A stretch of DNA of 64,000 nucleotides from Planctomycetota bacterium (GCA_965662465.1 CBFIIO010000011.1:23090-87089), one strand, 5' to 3'. Shown: positions 9,500 through 19,121, numbered from the stretch's first letter. Notes: a model not told the origin generated them from the letters alone. Numbers and translations are program-made.

Positions 9500-10261
9500 A
9501 TGGCAACGAGGGCTGTGGCCCGAGGACCTATCCTCATGACTACCTATCAAAATCTCGTTCACGCACCCATCAACGGCAGCTACGTCTTACCAGCTCGGCC
9601 AAGCGGTCAAAGTTTGCTGGTCACCAAGCCACTGACTGCGGATCCATCGTCAGTCACTGCAGGCGCGGCTGCTCGCCGATTGGGGCAGCGTTTTTCGACC
9701 CAGGCACAGAGCTTGGAATTGCTGCTAACCGAAGTTCGCGAGCGGTTAGCCAATCTTGATGCCTTGATGGCCGAAGGCTCGCGAGCGCAGCTAAAGGGCG
9801 CGGTTCGTGATGTCGTAAACGTGGTGGATTGGTGTGACGCAGTGCAAGCCGACTTAGCTGGCGAAACCGACAAAGCTGCCCAAGGACTTGAGCCAATTGA
9901 CTTGGTCGATCTGTGTCGGCAGCTGGCGACATCCTTGCAGGGGCCCGATGACCCCATCACGGTTTCCGTAAAGAATCACGTGATCTACTGGGGCGACCAA
10001 GCAAAGCTCGCCAACCTCATCCAGAATGGCCTGATGCTGGTGTCGGAGCGCACGGGGGGGCTGGGATTGCGGTGTGTTGAAGTCGCTGCGATTCAAGGCG
10101 CCTCACTGGTGCGCATCTTTAGCCGTGGAGAACCTCAGGGGGACCTCGATCCTGATGTAGTGGACTTGTTTCGGCGGGCGGTCGAAAAGGTTGGTGCTAC
10201 GGTCGTGCCAGATGAGTTGGGGCCAGGTGGTGCTGGCCTCGTATTGCGCCTGCCAGCCTAA
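9500..10261 (+). CDS. Degenerate histidine-kinase-like protein (DHp plus HATPase_c layout lacking catalytic motifs)
   Basis: Spacing of EPIDLVDL, GDQAKLANLIQN, VRIFSRGE and GAGLVLRLP follows a HK catalytic domain; H-box His, G1 Asp and G2 box are absent. Confidence 0.6.
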   Translation: MATRAVARGPILMTTYQNLVHAPINGSYVLPARPSGQSLLVTKPLTADPSSVTAGAAARRLGQRFSTQAQSLELLLTEVRERLANLDALMAEGSRAQLKGAVRDVVNVVDWCDAVQADLAGETDKAAQGLEPIDLVDLCRQLATSLQGPDDPITVSVKNHVIYWGDQAKLANLIQNGLMLVSERTGGLGLRCVEVAAIQGASLVRIFSRGEPQGDLDPDVVDLFRRAVEKVGATVVPDELGPGGAGLVLRLPA

Positions 10262-10375
10262 GTGCATCCATAGCAGTCGATTGTGTTGGGCAGTGTCAGC
10301 AAGTCAGGCGCTGAGGTGCTCGATTCCTCGAACTTTTGAATGCGTTAGGCCGTATTTAGGGCCGTTCTGTAGGGA

Positions 10376-10416
10376 AGTTACTTCTCAGATACATCAGCAG
10401 TTACTTCCCAGATACA
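10376..10416. repeat. 18-bp direct repeat with 23-bp period upstream of the ECF sigma gene
   Basis: AGTTACTTCTCAGATACA (10376-10393) and AGTTACTTCCCAGATACA (10399-10416), 17/18 identical. Confidence 0.9.
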
Positions 10417-10478
10417 ACTGAGTGTGGCATGATGGGAAATGGCCGCAGTTTTTGACTGCGACCAGGAAAGCTCCAGTC

Positions 10479-11435
10479 ATGTTGCATGTAAATCACACCT
10501 CGGTCGATCGAGACGTCCTTTGCGGCCGCCTCCTCGAGTTGTGGGAGCAGACCGGCAGCCCTGCCTTGCAAGCGTTGGCCAACGGACAATCACCAATTCC
10601 CGGTGGTTCCGTCGATACGGCGCAATCATTCGTAGACTGGGTCAGCACCAGTTTGATGGATTGCTTCAAGGACAGCGGCAACAGTGCCGTTTTTGCGCTC
10701 CTCTTCGAATTGAATCGCGATTCGTTCTTACACGCGATTCAGTGCAATCTAAGGCGTTCCTACCACCACGTTGACCCGAATGACGTGCTGCAGGAAGTCT
10801 TCCTAAACATCTACCGCTATCCGCATCGCTTTTTGGGTGATAAGTCGGATGCATTCCGTGGATGGGGCCATCGTATTGCCCGAAATACGCTGCTGAAGTT
10901 CCTCAAGGGGCAGACGCGCCTATCGCGTTTCCAGGCTATCGATGATGAGGTGATTCAGCCTGAGGATACGCGCTCCAAGCAGCCAGATCGGGCTGCTACG
11001 GATGCAGAAAGTGCCGTAGTCGTCGACCGCGCCTACTTGATGTATTTGCAACTCTACATGCTGCACTTTGGCCGGCTGTCGGCCAAAGAACGCCGTGCTT
11101 TGACCATGGTTGAGGTCGAAGACCGTTCATATCGTGATGCTGCGGAAGAACTTGGGATTCGTCTCGAAAATCTAAAGATGGTTATTTTCCGTGGTCGTCG
11201 CAAGATATTCCGCGGCATGGAGCGCTCGCTTACCAGCCTCGCTGGCCAACACGCTGATGCCAGCAGTGCGGTGCTATCGCTGGGTGCTGGCACGCAGCAA
11301 GTAGCAGTATCCGAGTCAGTTGCGCCTCAGCGTGCCATCCAGCCGAGTCAGGTTACTGCCGCCGATTGCGATCATTTGACTCGAATCTGTAACGGCAGCA
11401 AACTCGTGTGTGACCATACGGCTCAGGGTGTCTAG
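10479..11435 (+). CDS. ECF-type sigma-70 factor with N- and C-terminal extensions
   Basis: Region 2 (DVLQEVFLNIYR..FRGWGHRIARN) and region 4 (LSAKERRAL..SYRDAAEELG..IFRGRRKI); AGGAAAG before ATG 10479. Confidence 0.9.
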   Translation: MLHVNHTSVDRDVLCGRLLELWEQTGSPALQALANGQSPIPGGSVDTAQSFVDWVSTSLMDCFKDSGNSAVFALLFELNRDSFLHAIQCNLRRSYHHVDPNDVLQEVFLNIYRYPHRFLGDKSDAFRGWGHRIARNTLLKFLKGQTRLSRFQAIDDEVIQPEDTRSKQPDRAATDAESAVVVDRAYLMYLQLYMLHFGRLSAKERRALTMVEVEDRSYRDAAEELGIRLENLKMVIFRGRRKIFRGMERSLTSLAGQHADASSAVLSLGAGTQQVAVSESVAPQRAIQPSQVTAADCDHLTRICNGSKLVCDHTAQGV

Positions 11436-11451
11436 TGACGCTCTGAGTCTC

Positions 11452-12708
11452 ATGGATTTCGCGAAACCTCACCACAGCCGACAGCAGCCCAAGTCCGAGC
11501 CCTTGGCAAAATCACAGCAGCCAAGCAGTGGCTCGAAGAGCAGTGATTTGAAGAGCAGTGACTCTAAGAGCAGTGACTCTAAGAGCAGTGACTGTGAGAG
11601 CGCTGTCAGCGAAGCCGGTGATGGGGGTGTCGGCGAGCGCAATGGTCATCATCATGGCAGCCAAGATCCTTGCTTGCCGATTCAGGCGGATCTATCCGCG
11701 ATGCTCGATGGTGAGCTTGATCCTGCTGGAGTTCGGCGTGTCACCATGCACTCCGATGGATGCGCGTCTTGTCGGTCGTTCTTCGAGGGAATTCGCCAGC
11801 AAGTTGGGCTGCACCGTCGTTTGGCCGTAGCAAACGTCTTCCCTGTCGCTGCAGGCCAGGCCGGCACGGCTGCTGCGAGCCGCAAGAATGCAGCGGGCGG
11901 TGACGAGGAGACCTTGCGCATTCAGCTGACCAGCAATCAGGAGAAGCTATCGAGGATTCTTTACGAGCTCGGCCGCAACTTCACTCTGATGGGTTTATCG
12001 CCAGAGTATTCACGAGAGGTGGCTAAGGAACCGATGCCGGTCCCCGACATCGCGATGCAAGGTCGTTCCCTTCTTGATGAAGTCGCAAGAACACCTTCTG
12101 AGATTGTTGCCCCGGAATGGGTCGCGGCAAAGGATCTGTTCGACGGGCAGTTGCGGAGCCCCGATGAGAATCTGGCGCGAGGGCAACGGTTGCTGACTGA
12201 GTGCTTATCGCTCGATGCCGTTGCCGATGACGCCCGCATCTATCTCGGTTTGGTGCACTACGCGCGGGGTCAGCGTGCCCTGGCCAGAAAGCAGTTTCAG
12301 CTTGTTCTAGATCGCTCAAAAAGTGATGTGATGCGGGCCTTTGCGCTTTCGAACCTCAGCAATATCCTGCTCGACGAGGGTGATTTTGACGAGGCGATTG
12401 CCCTGCTTCTGCAGGTGGTTGCATCAGGGGTCGTAGAGCGCCAGCCCAGGCTCTCTGCTGCGTTGTTCAATTTGGCGCTCGCGTATGGCCTTAATGGCAT
12501 GTTCGGTAAAAGCTTACACTGGTTTGACCGGTTGCATACAGATGCGCCGCACCGATCCCGCTGGGTGGCGAAAGAGCTTTCTCGTCGTAGCCATTTCCTG
12601 CACCTCGTGCACACTCATCCCGGTGCTTCCGAGCTCTCGGGGCGCCTCGCGGAATGGTTTCCTTCCGAGTCCGCTGGACTAGGTGAAGGCAACTCTACCT
12701 TCCACTGA
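11452..12708 (+). CDS. zf-HC2 zinc-finger anti-sigma domain plus TPR protein, soluble
   Basis: C..IQADLSAMLDGEL..HSDGCASC (HxxxCxxC); TPR-like helices ARIYLGLVHY, ALSNLSNI, ALFNLALAYG; no transmembrane segment seen. Confidence 0.8.
   Translation: MDFAKPHHSRQQPKSEPLAKSQQPSSGSKSSDLKSSDSKSSDSKSSDCESAVSEAGDGGVGERNGHHHGSQDPCLPIQADLSAMLDGELDPAGVRRVTMHSDGCASCRSFFEGIRQQVGLHRRLAVANVFPVAAGQAGTAAASRKNAAGGDEETLRIQLTSNQEKLSRILYELGRNFTLMGLSPEYSREVAKEPMPVPDIAMQGRSLLDEVARTPSEIVAPEWVAAKDLFDGQLRSPDENLARGQRLLTECLSLDAVADDARIYLGLVHYARGQRALARKQFQLVLDRSKSDVMRAFALSNLSNILLDEGDFDEAIALLLQVVASGVVERQPRLSAALFNLALAYGLNGMFGKSLHWFDRLHTDAPHRSRWVAKELSRRSHFLHLVHTHPGASELSGRLAEWFPSESAGLGEGNSTFH
11521..11595 (+). repeat. In-frame 15-bp tandem repeat (x5) encoding KSSD(S/L/C)-type units
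   Basis: ccaagcagtggctcg aagagcagtgatttg aagagcagtgactct aagagcagtgactct aagagcagtgactgt. Confidence 0.95.
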
Positions 12709-12779
12709 TCGTCGCTTCTCTGCTATACTACGCACTAAGGATACCCTGTATTCCGACTGCCATCTGACTCTGCGTCCTA

Positions 12780-13214
12780 ATGATCTTACTGCTTCGCAAT
12801 TTGTTGGTTCTGCTGGTCGCCGTTTGCTTGGCGATTCCGACCATCTGTGACGAGGGGGGCGAGAACAATGGCGGCACTGGCGTTTGGATTCTGCCGGCCT
12901 GCGCGAATGTCACGACCCCTCGGGCTACGCCCCGCGGTTCATGGACGTTTTCCGGGGCTGGATCCGATGTGCAATTGGTGGTTGCCGCCGAGATGGGGGC
13001 GCCATCGGCAATGCTCGTCGATGATGTCTCCGGTGTGCCAGTTGCGCTAGCCGCGTCGGGACGCACGGTGACGATCCCGAAGAGCTTGTTGCAGGCCTTG
13101 CATCAGAGTTCGATCCGCGCCGCGTCGGTCATCATTATGGACACGGCACAGTGCGGTTACGTTTTGCGGTTGAGCATCCTTCTCGACGGGAAGGTCAACA
13201 TCACAGTCCACTAG
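12780..13214 (+). CDS. Small exported hypothetical protein
   Basis: Hydrophobic N-terminus then DEGGENNGGTGVWILP; co-directional with the sigma/anti-sigma pair. Confidence 0.65.
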   Translation: MILLLRNLLVLLVAVCLAIPTICDEGGENNGGTGVWILPACANVTTPRATPRGSWTFSGAGSDVQLVVAAEMGAPSAMLVDDVSGVPVALAASGRTVTIPKSLLQALHQSSIRAASVIIMDTAQCGYVLRLSILLDGKVNITVH

Positions 13215-13262
13215 TCGCAGGCACGACGGCGCTGCAGCTACTCCCGCTGCGCTAGGTATTAT

Positions 13263-14006
13263 TTAGCGGCTTACTTCTAACGCAGCACGCATCGCTTTTG
13301 GGTCGTTGGTGCACATTGCGTCGATGCCCATTGCCTTGCCGCGGAGCCATCCAGGGGCATCATCAGTCGTGTAGCTGCAGACCAATAAACCAGCTGCTTG
13401 GCTGCGATTGATGTCGGCTTCGGTTAGATCACGCGCACGCCAATGCACGATTGCAGCATCGAATGTCTTCATCTGCTCGATTGCGCTGGCTGTCGGAGTC
13501 GCGAAGAGCTTGTTCGGGCCGAGGGCACCGATTGCGATTTCTGGCGCCAGTCGGTGCACCTGCATTAGGAATTGCCAATCGAACGATTGCAGAATGACTT
13601 GGTCGGTGAAGTTGTTGGCCCGCAAAAACTCGACGTAGCGATTTGCTGAGCCGGCCTTGTGCTCGATCAGCGCTACGCAGCTTGGCAGCATCACATCCAA
13701 GGCTTCCGCCAAGGTCGCGACCTGCTCTCCCCTGATTCCTGTCCCATGCCAGGTGCCAGCGTCAAGGGTGCGTGCCGTGGCGAGATCTGTTTCGGCAACC
13801 AAAGTTCCGGGTCCGAGCAATGCGGATGCGTTCGTCGTTCGGTCGAAGGTTTCATCGTGGATGCAAACCAGTTCGCCACATGCAAGTTCGCGTACATCGA
13901 ACTCTTGGATGGAGACTCCAAGCCTTGAGGCGCTTCGAAACGCAGCGAGAGTATTCTCTGGAAAATGACGACTGTTGCCGCGATGTGAGGCCACGAGGGG
14001 CCGCAT
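13263..14006 (-). CDS. Glycerophosphodiester phosphodiesterase family protein
   Basis: SHRG..PENTLAAF, EFDVR, IHD.TFDRTT, IEHK, QSFD; start placed at ATG 14006. Confidence 0.9.
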   Translation of the reverse strand: MRPLVASHRGNSRHFPENTLAAFRSASRLGVSIQEFDVRELACGELVCIHDETFDRTTNASALLGPGTLVAETDLATARTLDAGTWHGTGIRGEQVATLAEALDVMLPSCVALIEHKAGSANRYVEFLRANNFTDQVILQSFDWQFLMQVHRLAPEIAIGALGPNKLFATPTASAIEQMKTFDAAIVHWRARDLTEADINRSQAAGLLVCSYTTDDAPGWLRGKAMGIDAMCTNDPKAMRAALEVSR

Positions 14007-14121
14007 TTCGGGGTTGGAGCGCAGTCGGGTGATGGCTGGATGGGTAGAATGGGACGTCAATTTGATCGGACTCCGAAAAGAAAGGCGTGTCAATTGCCGC
14101 TGGAGCGCATAATCGCACAAA

Positions 14122-14469
14122 ATGAGTCCAGAGATCTATCGTGTCTTGCACGTCGTTGGTGCGCTTTTGTTGTTCCTGAGTCTGGGTGGAGTCTTGCTGG
14201 TCCCTGGCGATCAAAAGGCCTCGAAGCTGGTCATGCCGCTGCATGGCATTGCACTTCTGATCATGGTAGTGGCTGGTGTTGGGGTCGTGCACAAGGACGA
14301 CACCGTTTCTTGGCAGCCATGGCTTTACGCAAAGATTGGTTGCTGGTTGTTCGTCGCTGTTTTGCCAGTTCTGGTGCGAAAGGGGACCATCTCACGTTTT
14401 GTCGGTCTGCTGCTAGCCATTGCGGCAGGCGCTACCGCTGTGTGGTTGGCGCAGATGAAGCCTTTTTAG
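14122..14469 (+). CDS. Small four-helix membrane protein (SirB2-like)
   Basis: Four hydrophobic segments; HGIALLIMVVAG, WLYAKI, C-terminal KPF. Confidence 0.7.
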   Translation: MSPEIYRVLHVVGALLLFLSLGGVLLVPGDQKASKLVMPLHGIALLIMVVAGVGVVHKDDTVSWQPWLYAKIGCWLFVAVLPVLVRKGTISRFVGLLLAIAAGATAVWLAQMKPF

Positions 14470-14535
14470 TCGCACATCACCCCTGCTGATCTCACCCAGC
14501 AGCCCATTGGACAAAGTAGCCAGGATTACATCATT

Positions 14536-15681
14536 TTGGAGCCACCTGAAGTTCTGTTGTTAGGTCCGGGTCCTTCGCCAAGTAGCCCCCACGTCCGACG
14601 GGCACAGTCGAAGCCTCAACTTGGGCACTTAGATCCCGACTTTGTGCCTTTGCTTGACTATGCGCAGGCTGGGCTGCGCCGTTTGTTCGGAACCGAGAAC
14701 CCGCTGACATTGCCGCTGGCTGGGACTGGTTCGGCGGGCATGGAAGCAATGGTTGCCAACCTGGTTGAACCAGGTGATCGCGTTGTGGTCGGCGTGCACG
14801 GCGTTTTTGGGTTACGTTTTGCCGATGCGGTGCGTCGCGCCGGTGGAGAAGCCGTGGCCGTTACCGCCGAGTTTGGCCAATCACTCGATCCGGTAGCCGT
14901 GCGGGCTGCCATCGCCGCTGGCCCAACGAAGTTGTGCGTTGTCGTGCACGCGGAAACTAGCACTGGAGTGCTCACTGATTTGCGGCCGATTGCCGAGGCC
15001 GCACGCGATGCGGGGGTGTTGTTCGGGGTCGATTGTGTGACCAGTATCGGAGGCGTGCCGCTTGCGTTTGATGACTTGGGTGTCGACGCTGCTTTTTGTG
15101 GCACGCAAAAGTGTCTGTCGGTGCCGCCTGGGCTCGCGCCGGTCACGTTTTCGGAACGGGCTCTGGAATGTGTGCGGGCTCGCAAGCACCCAGTGCCTTT
15201 CTATTTTGATACCAAGTTGCTGAATGGCTACTTCGGCTCGGAACGTAGCTATCACTACACGGCGCCGATCAGCATGATCTATGCCCTGGTTGCGTCCCTC
15301 GAGGAGATTGAGGCAGAGGGCTTGGAGCCTCGATTCGCCCGTCATCGAACTGTTTCTGCTGCTTTGCGCCGTGGGCTTGAGCCGTTGGGGCTAAAGCCAC
15401 TCGTGCCGGTTGCGGAGGCCACCCCGATGCTGACGACGGTGTGTTATCCCGATGGTGTCGATGATGTGGCGTTCCGCGCTCATCTGCGGCAGCGCCACAG
15501 CATTGAGGTCGGTGGTGGTTTGGGGCCGCTCGCTGGCAAAGTCTTTCGCGTTGGGCTGATGGGCCATGGCGCACGTTTAGAGAATGTATTGCGCGCCTTA
15601 GCTGCTTTTGGCGATGCTTTAGTCGCTGCAGGTCACAAACCGGATGTGTCCGCGGCGCTTGCAGCCGTGCACAGCGAGTGA
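14536..15681 (+). CDS. Class V PLP aminotransferase (alanine-glyoxylate / serine-pyruvate type)
   Basis: LLGPGPS, GTGSAGME, HAETSTGV, DCVTSIGG, GTQKCLSVPPG. Confidence 0.92.
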   Translation: MEPPEVLLLGPGPSPSSPHVRRAQSKPQLGHLDPDFVPLLDYAQAGLRRLFGTENPLTLPLAGTGSAGMEAMVANLVEPGDRVVVGVHGVFGLRFADAVRRAGGEAVAVTAEFGQSLDPVAVRAAIAAGPTKLCVVVHAETSTGVLTDLRPIAEAARDAGVLFGVDCVTSIGGVPLAFDDLGVDAAFCGTQKCLSVPPGLAPVTFSERALECVRARKHPVPFYFDTKLLNGYFGSERSYHYTAPISMIYALVASLEEIEAEGLEPRFARHRTVSAALRRGLEPLGLKPLVPVAEATPMLTTVCYPDGVDDVAFRAHLRQRHSIEVGGGLGPLAGKVFRVGLMGHGARLENVLRALAAFGDALVAAGHKPDVSAALAAVHSE

Positions 15682-15708
15682 TGCGACGGTAAGGTCGGTA
15701 GGCAAATA

Positions 15709-16287
15709 ATGGACGACAGTAAGATCCGTAGCACGATTGAAGACAGTATCGCGACCAAGCAGCGGCTATTGGAGCAGTGCTTGCCGTCGCTGCAGCAATT
15801 CTGTGACCTTGCGATACGCACACTGCGTGGCGGTGGCAAGATCATGCTGTGCGGCAACGGCGGCAGTTCGTGTGATGCTGCTCACGCGACCGGCGAATTG
15901 GTGGGTTGGTTTGAACACAAAGATCGCCCTGGTTATGCGGCTATCGCACTTGGTCACCAAGTGCCGTCTTTGACCGCGATCGGCAACGACATTGGTTTCG
16001 AACACATCTCCCGCCGCGAGGTCGAAGCGATTGGCAAGCCTGGCGATCTCTTGGTTGGCATCACCACTTCTGGCGGTAGCAAGAACGTGATGTTGGCCAT
16101 GCAGCAAGCCAAACAAATGGGAATCGCCACGGCGTTACTTTGTGGCGAAGCGCGGGGCGCCTGCGCCGAATATTCTGACGTTGCTGTGCACGTCCCCTCT
16201 ACGAGCACCGCGCGCGTCCAGGAAAGTCATCTCGTTTGCGTGCACATCGTTTGTGCAGCGGTCGAGGATGCTTTGTCCGATTCGTAG
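15709..16287 (+). CDS. gmhA: Phosphoheptose isomerase (SIS domain)
   Basis: CGNGGS, TAIGND, TTSGGS.NV, TARVQESH motifs. Confidence 0.8.
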   Translation: MDDSKIRSTIEDSIATKQRLLEQCLPSLQQFCDLAIRTLRGGGKIMLCGNGGSSCDAAHATGELVGWFEHKDRPGYAAIALGHQVPSLTAIGNDIGFEHISRREVEAIGKPGDLLVGITTSGGSKNVMLAMQQAKQMGIATALLCGEARGACAEYSDVAVHVPSTSTARVQESHLVCVHIVCAAVEDALSDS

Positions 16288-16317
16288 CGGTTAGAGAATT
16301 CGCGGTGGCAAGATCGC

Positions 16318-17001
16318 TTACTTAGCTTTCTTTCGTTCTCTTATACGCAAGCTCGACGTCCAGACCCCTGGTAGATCGTCTGGTGACATTGGCCCGTTTA
16401 CGAGGGTCTCAGCAATCGCGCGATCTGCTGCACGCTTGAGTAGTCCGGCAGGCCAGGGTGTGCGCGGTTTGCCTTTTACCTCAGTGCCGCTAGCGGGGTT
16501 GGTCGTCAGCATGGTTTTGTTGGGTAACGTTGCGTTTGACCATCGACGCAAATTTGGGATTAAGGCTTCGAGAGCAGCGATTGGCTGCTCTGATGCGACG
16601 ACCACGTAGGTGGTAGTAGCAAGGATCTCAGAGCGTGTTGTCCAGGCAAGTTGCTTGTCATCAAGCCTGCCAGGTAAGAGGCTGAAACCTTCTGTGAGCG
16701 GATTGCTCGGGCTGCCGATGATGTCCGGGCTCGGGAACAGCAGTAGCGTGCCGTCTTCGGTGCTACGGCTGAAAACGTAGACATAACGAGGTTCGGCGCA
16801 CGCATACGATAGCCGTAATTCCGTTTCAGGTAGATAGTCGACGTAGTTGCCGACAGGGCGATAATTGATTTCTGGCCCTGCTCGCCAAGTCGTAGCCGGT
16901 ATCCGGGATGGACCCATCGGGTTTCCTTGGGGCAGCATCAGCCAGATCCCTGTGGCAATTCCTGCTGCGATCAGCGGTAGAGCGACTGCGCGGACGTTCA
17001 T
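16318..17001 (-). CDS. Membrane-anchored DUF4384-like protein
   Basis: N-terminal TM; RYVYVF...DGTLLLFP and VVVASEQPI patterns. Confidence 0.6.
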   Translation of the reverse strand: MNVRAVALPLIAAGIATGIWLMLPQGNPMGPSRIPATTWRAGPEINYRPVGNYVDYLPETELRLSYACAEPRYVYVFSRSTEDGTLLLFPSPDIIGSPSNPLTEGFSLLPGRLDDKQLAWTTRSEILATTTYVVVASEQPIAALEALIPNLRRWSNATLPNKTMLTTNPASGTEVKGKPRTPWPAGLLKRAADRAIAETLVNGPMSPDDLPGVWTSSLRIRERKKAK

Positions 17002-17080
17002 ACTGTCAAGCTATCCTGGCGAACCGCGTGCCGTCGAGAGATGCTCTAGGTTCTGTTGTGATCCTTGAACCGGAGAACCT

Positions 17081-18322
17081 ATGAATATTCGTTGGCTGCT
17101 GCCCGTGCTGGTCGTTTCCCTGTTGCCTGCCCAGGGCAAGAGGTCTCCCCGTGGCGCAAGCGCGAGTCGCTTGATTACTGAATTTCCAGTGCCAGAAGTG
17201 CCGCCAATCGATGTCGTAAAGGCTTCAAAGGCTGCGGTCGTCGGTGTCTTGGCTCTTCAGGAACGTGGCAGCCAATGGCCCTACGAAGGTGTCTATCGTG
17301 AGGACCGGGGCAACCTTCCGGTTGGATACCGCGTTGGAGGTACGGCAATTACTGTGATGGGGTTGGTCTCGGCGCCAGGTTATCGCGATGACTCCGAGCG
17401 AGTTGAGGCAGTCGAGAACGGCATTGCGTTCATTCTCAAGACGCTAGATCACGAGCGCATGGGCGCAGATTTCATTGGGGGCTACGATGTGCGTGGGTGG
17501 GGGCATATCTACGCGCTGACTTGTTTGCTGCATCTGCAGGATTTTCAACTCGTCCCGAAGGGCCGGGAAGGTGATTTGAAGGCCAAGACCGAGTGGCTAG
17601 TCAAAACTCTGGTTGCGTCGGCTATTCCGAAGGCTGGTGGCTGGAACTATTCGAGGCGCGCCGGGTATTTGAGTCCAAGGAACAGCGCCTCGACGTTCAT
17701 GACGGCGCCGGCTTTGCAGGCCCTCTTCCATGCGAAGGCTCGTGGTTACCTTGTGCCTGACGAAGTGGTTGAGGAGGCTCTGACTGCTCTAGATCGTGCG
17801 CGGACAAAGGTCGGCGGTTACGCGTATGGTTCAGGCAGAAAGAACCTCAACGAGAACACGGAAGAGCAGCTGCGGTTCATGGATCTAGGTCCGAGTTCTG
17901 CAGCGCGGGCTGCCGTTTGCGAAACGACTCTGATGCTCGCTGGGCGTGGCGATAAGAATCGTCATCGTGTTGCGCTAGAGCTGTTCTTTAAGCATTGGGA
18001 TGACCTCGCAATTCGAAAGAGTCAGCTAGGAACGCATATCAAGCCGTATGGCATTGCTCCCTACTACTTCATGTTTGGCCATCTCTACTGCGCGCAGGCT
18101 ATCGAGTTAGTCGAAGACGCGAAGTTGCGTGATGGCTTTCGTGCACAGATGCGCCAGATCCTGGCGCGCTCGGTTGACGATAAGGGAACCTGGAATGATC
18201 GGCAGTTTGGCCGTTCGGCTGGTTACGGCACTGCGATGGCCTTGATGACCATGAACATGGAACGTTTGCCAAAGCCGCACAGCTGGAGCTCCGGCGATGT
18301 TCAGGTGAAAGGCAAACGTTAG
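17081..18322 (+). CDS. Exported prenyltransferase/squalene-oxidase-repeat-like alpha-barrel protein
   Basis: Signal peptide; LQERGSQW, GGWNY, GGYAY, YYFMFGHLY, DKGTW repeats. Confidence 0.65.
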   Translation: MNIRWLLPVLVVSLLPAQGKRSPRGASASRLITEFPVPEVPPIDVVKASKAAVVGVLALQERGSQWPYEGVYREDRGNLPVGYRVGGTAITVMGLVSAPGYRDDSERVEAVENGIAFILKTLDHERMGADFIGGYDVRGWGHIYALTCLLHLQDFQLVPKGREGDLKAKTEWLVKTLVASAIPKAGGWNYSRRAGYLSPRNSASTFMTAPALQALFHAKARGYLVPDEVVEEALTALDRARTKVGGYAYGSGRKNLNENTEEQLRFMDLGPSSAARAAVCETTLMLAGRGDKNRHRVALELFFKHWDDLAIRKSQLGTHIKPYGIAPYYFMFGHLYCAQAIELVEDAKLRDGFRAQMRQILARSVDDKGTWNDRQFGRSAGYGTAMALMTMNMERLPKPHSWSSGDVQVKGKR

Positions 18323-18383
18323 GCTTTTCGGTCGCGGTGCATGCGCCGACGGCTAGCAAAGGCTCGGTGCCGTGCCGGAAGAC

Positions 18384-19121
18384 TTATTCCGCCCGGTGCA
18401 CCATTTGCGGGCTTGCTTGGTCTGTCGGCATCACCAGGATCGTGTCGAGATTGACGTGAGCTGGCCTGTTGGCGGCGAACAAGACACAGTCGGCGACGTC
18501 TTTAGCAACTAGTGGACGGGTTCCTTTGTAGACCTGTTTGGCTTTGTCCGTATCGCCCCGGAATCGCACCACCGAGAACTCTGTGTCAACCATGCCTGGG
18601 TCGACGCTCGTGACCCGAACGTTCTGTCCCAAAGTCTCCATGCGAATCGCTTCGCAGATTGGCTGCAGGGCCCGCTTACTGCCGCAGTAGACGCCACCGC
18701 CTACGTATGCCTTGTGGCCAGCAATTGAGCCAATCACAACGATGTGGCCGCCATCATTCTGGGTCATATTGGGCAAGACGCGTCGGGTGACTTCGAGAAG
18801 TCCCAGGACGTTGGTTTCGATCATTTCTCGCCAAGCTTCGCCGGTTCCGTCACCTATCTTTTCGGTGCCTCGAGCTAGGCCAGCGTTGTTTACGAGGACA
18901 TCGATTGGCCCATGCTTCGCGATCGCTGCATTGACGAATGCTTCGACGCTATCTGGCTTCGTGACGTCGAGTTCGTGACAGAACCCGCTTTCTGTAACGT
19001 CAGCTAATCTGTCGACGCGGCGTGCGCCTAACGACAATCGATCTCCTTGATTTGCGAAGGCTTGCGCACAGGCAGCTCCAATTCCAGAACTTGCACCAGT
19101 AATGACGACATGACGGCTCAT
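18384..19121 (-). CDS. Short-chain dehydrogenase/reductase (YdfG-like)
   Basis: TGASSGIG, NNAGLARG, YCGSK, PGMVDTEFS. Confidence 0.93.
   Translation of the reverse strand: MSRHVVITGASSGIGAACAQAFANQGDRLSLGARRVDRLADVTESGFCHELDVTKPDSVEAFVNAAIAKHGPIDVLVNNAGLARGTEKIGDGTGEAWREMIETNVLGLLEVTRRVLPNMTQNDGGHIVVIGSIAGHKAYVGGGVYCGSKRALQPICEAIRMETLGQNVRVTSVDPGMVDTEFSVVRFRGDTDKAKQVYKGTRPLVAKDVADCVLFAANRPAHVNLDTILVMPTDQASPQMVHRAE

Noticed and set aside
11521-11595. CRISPR-like repeat array
   Set aside because: Units are 15 bp, directly adjacent with no spacers, in frame within a CDS; no cas genes present.
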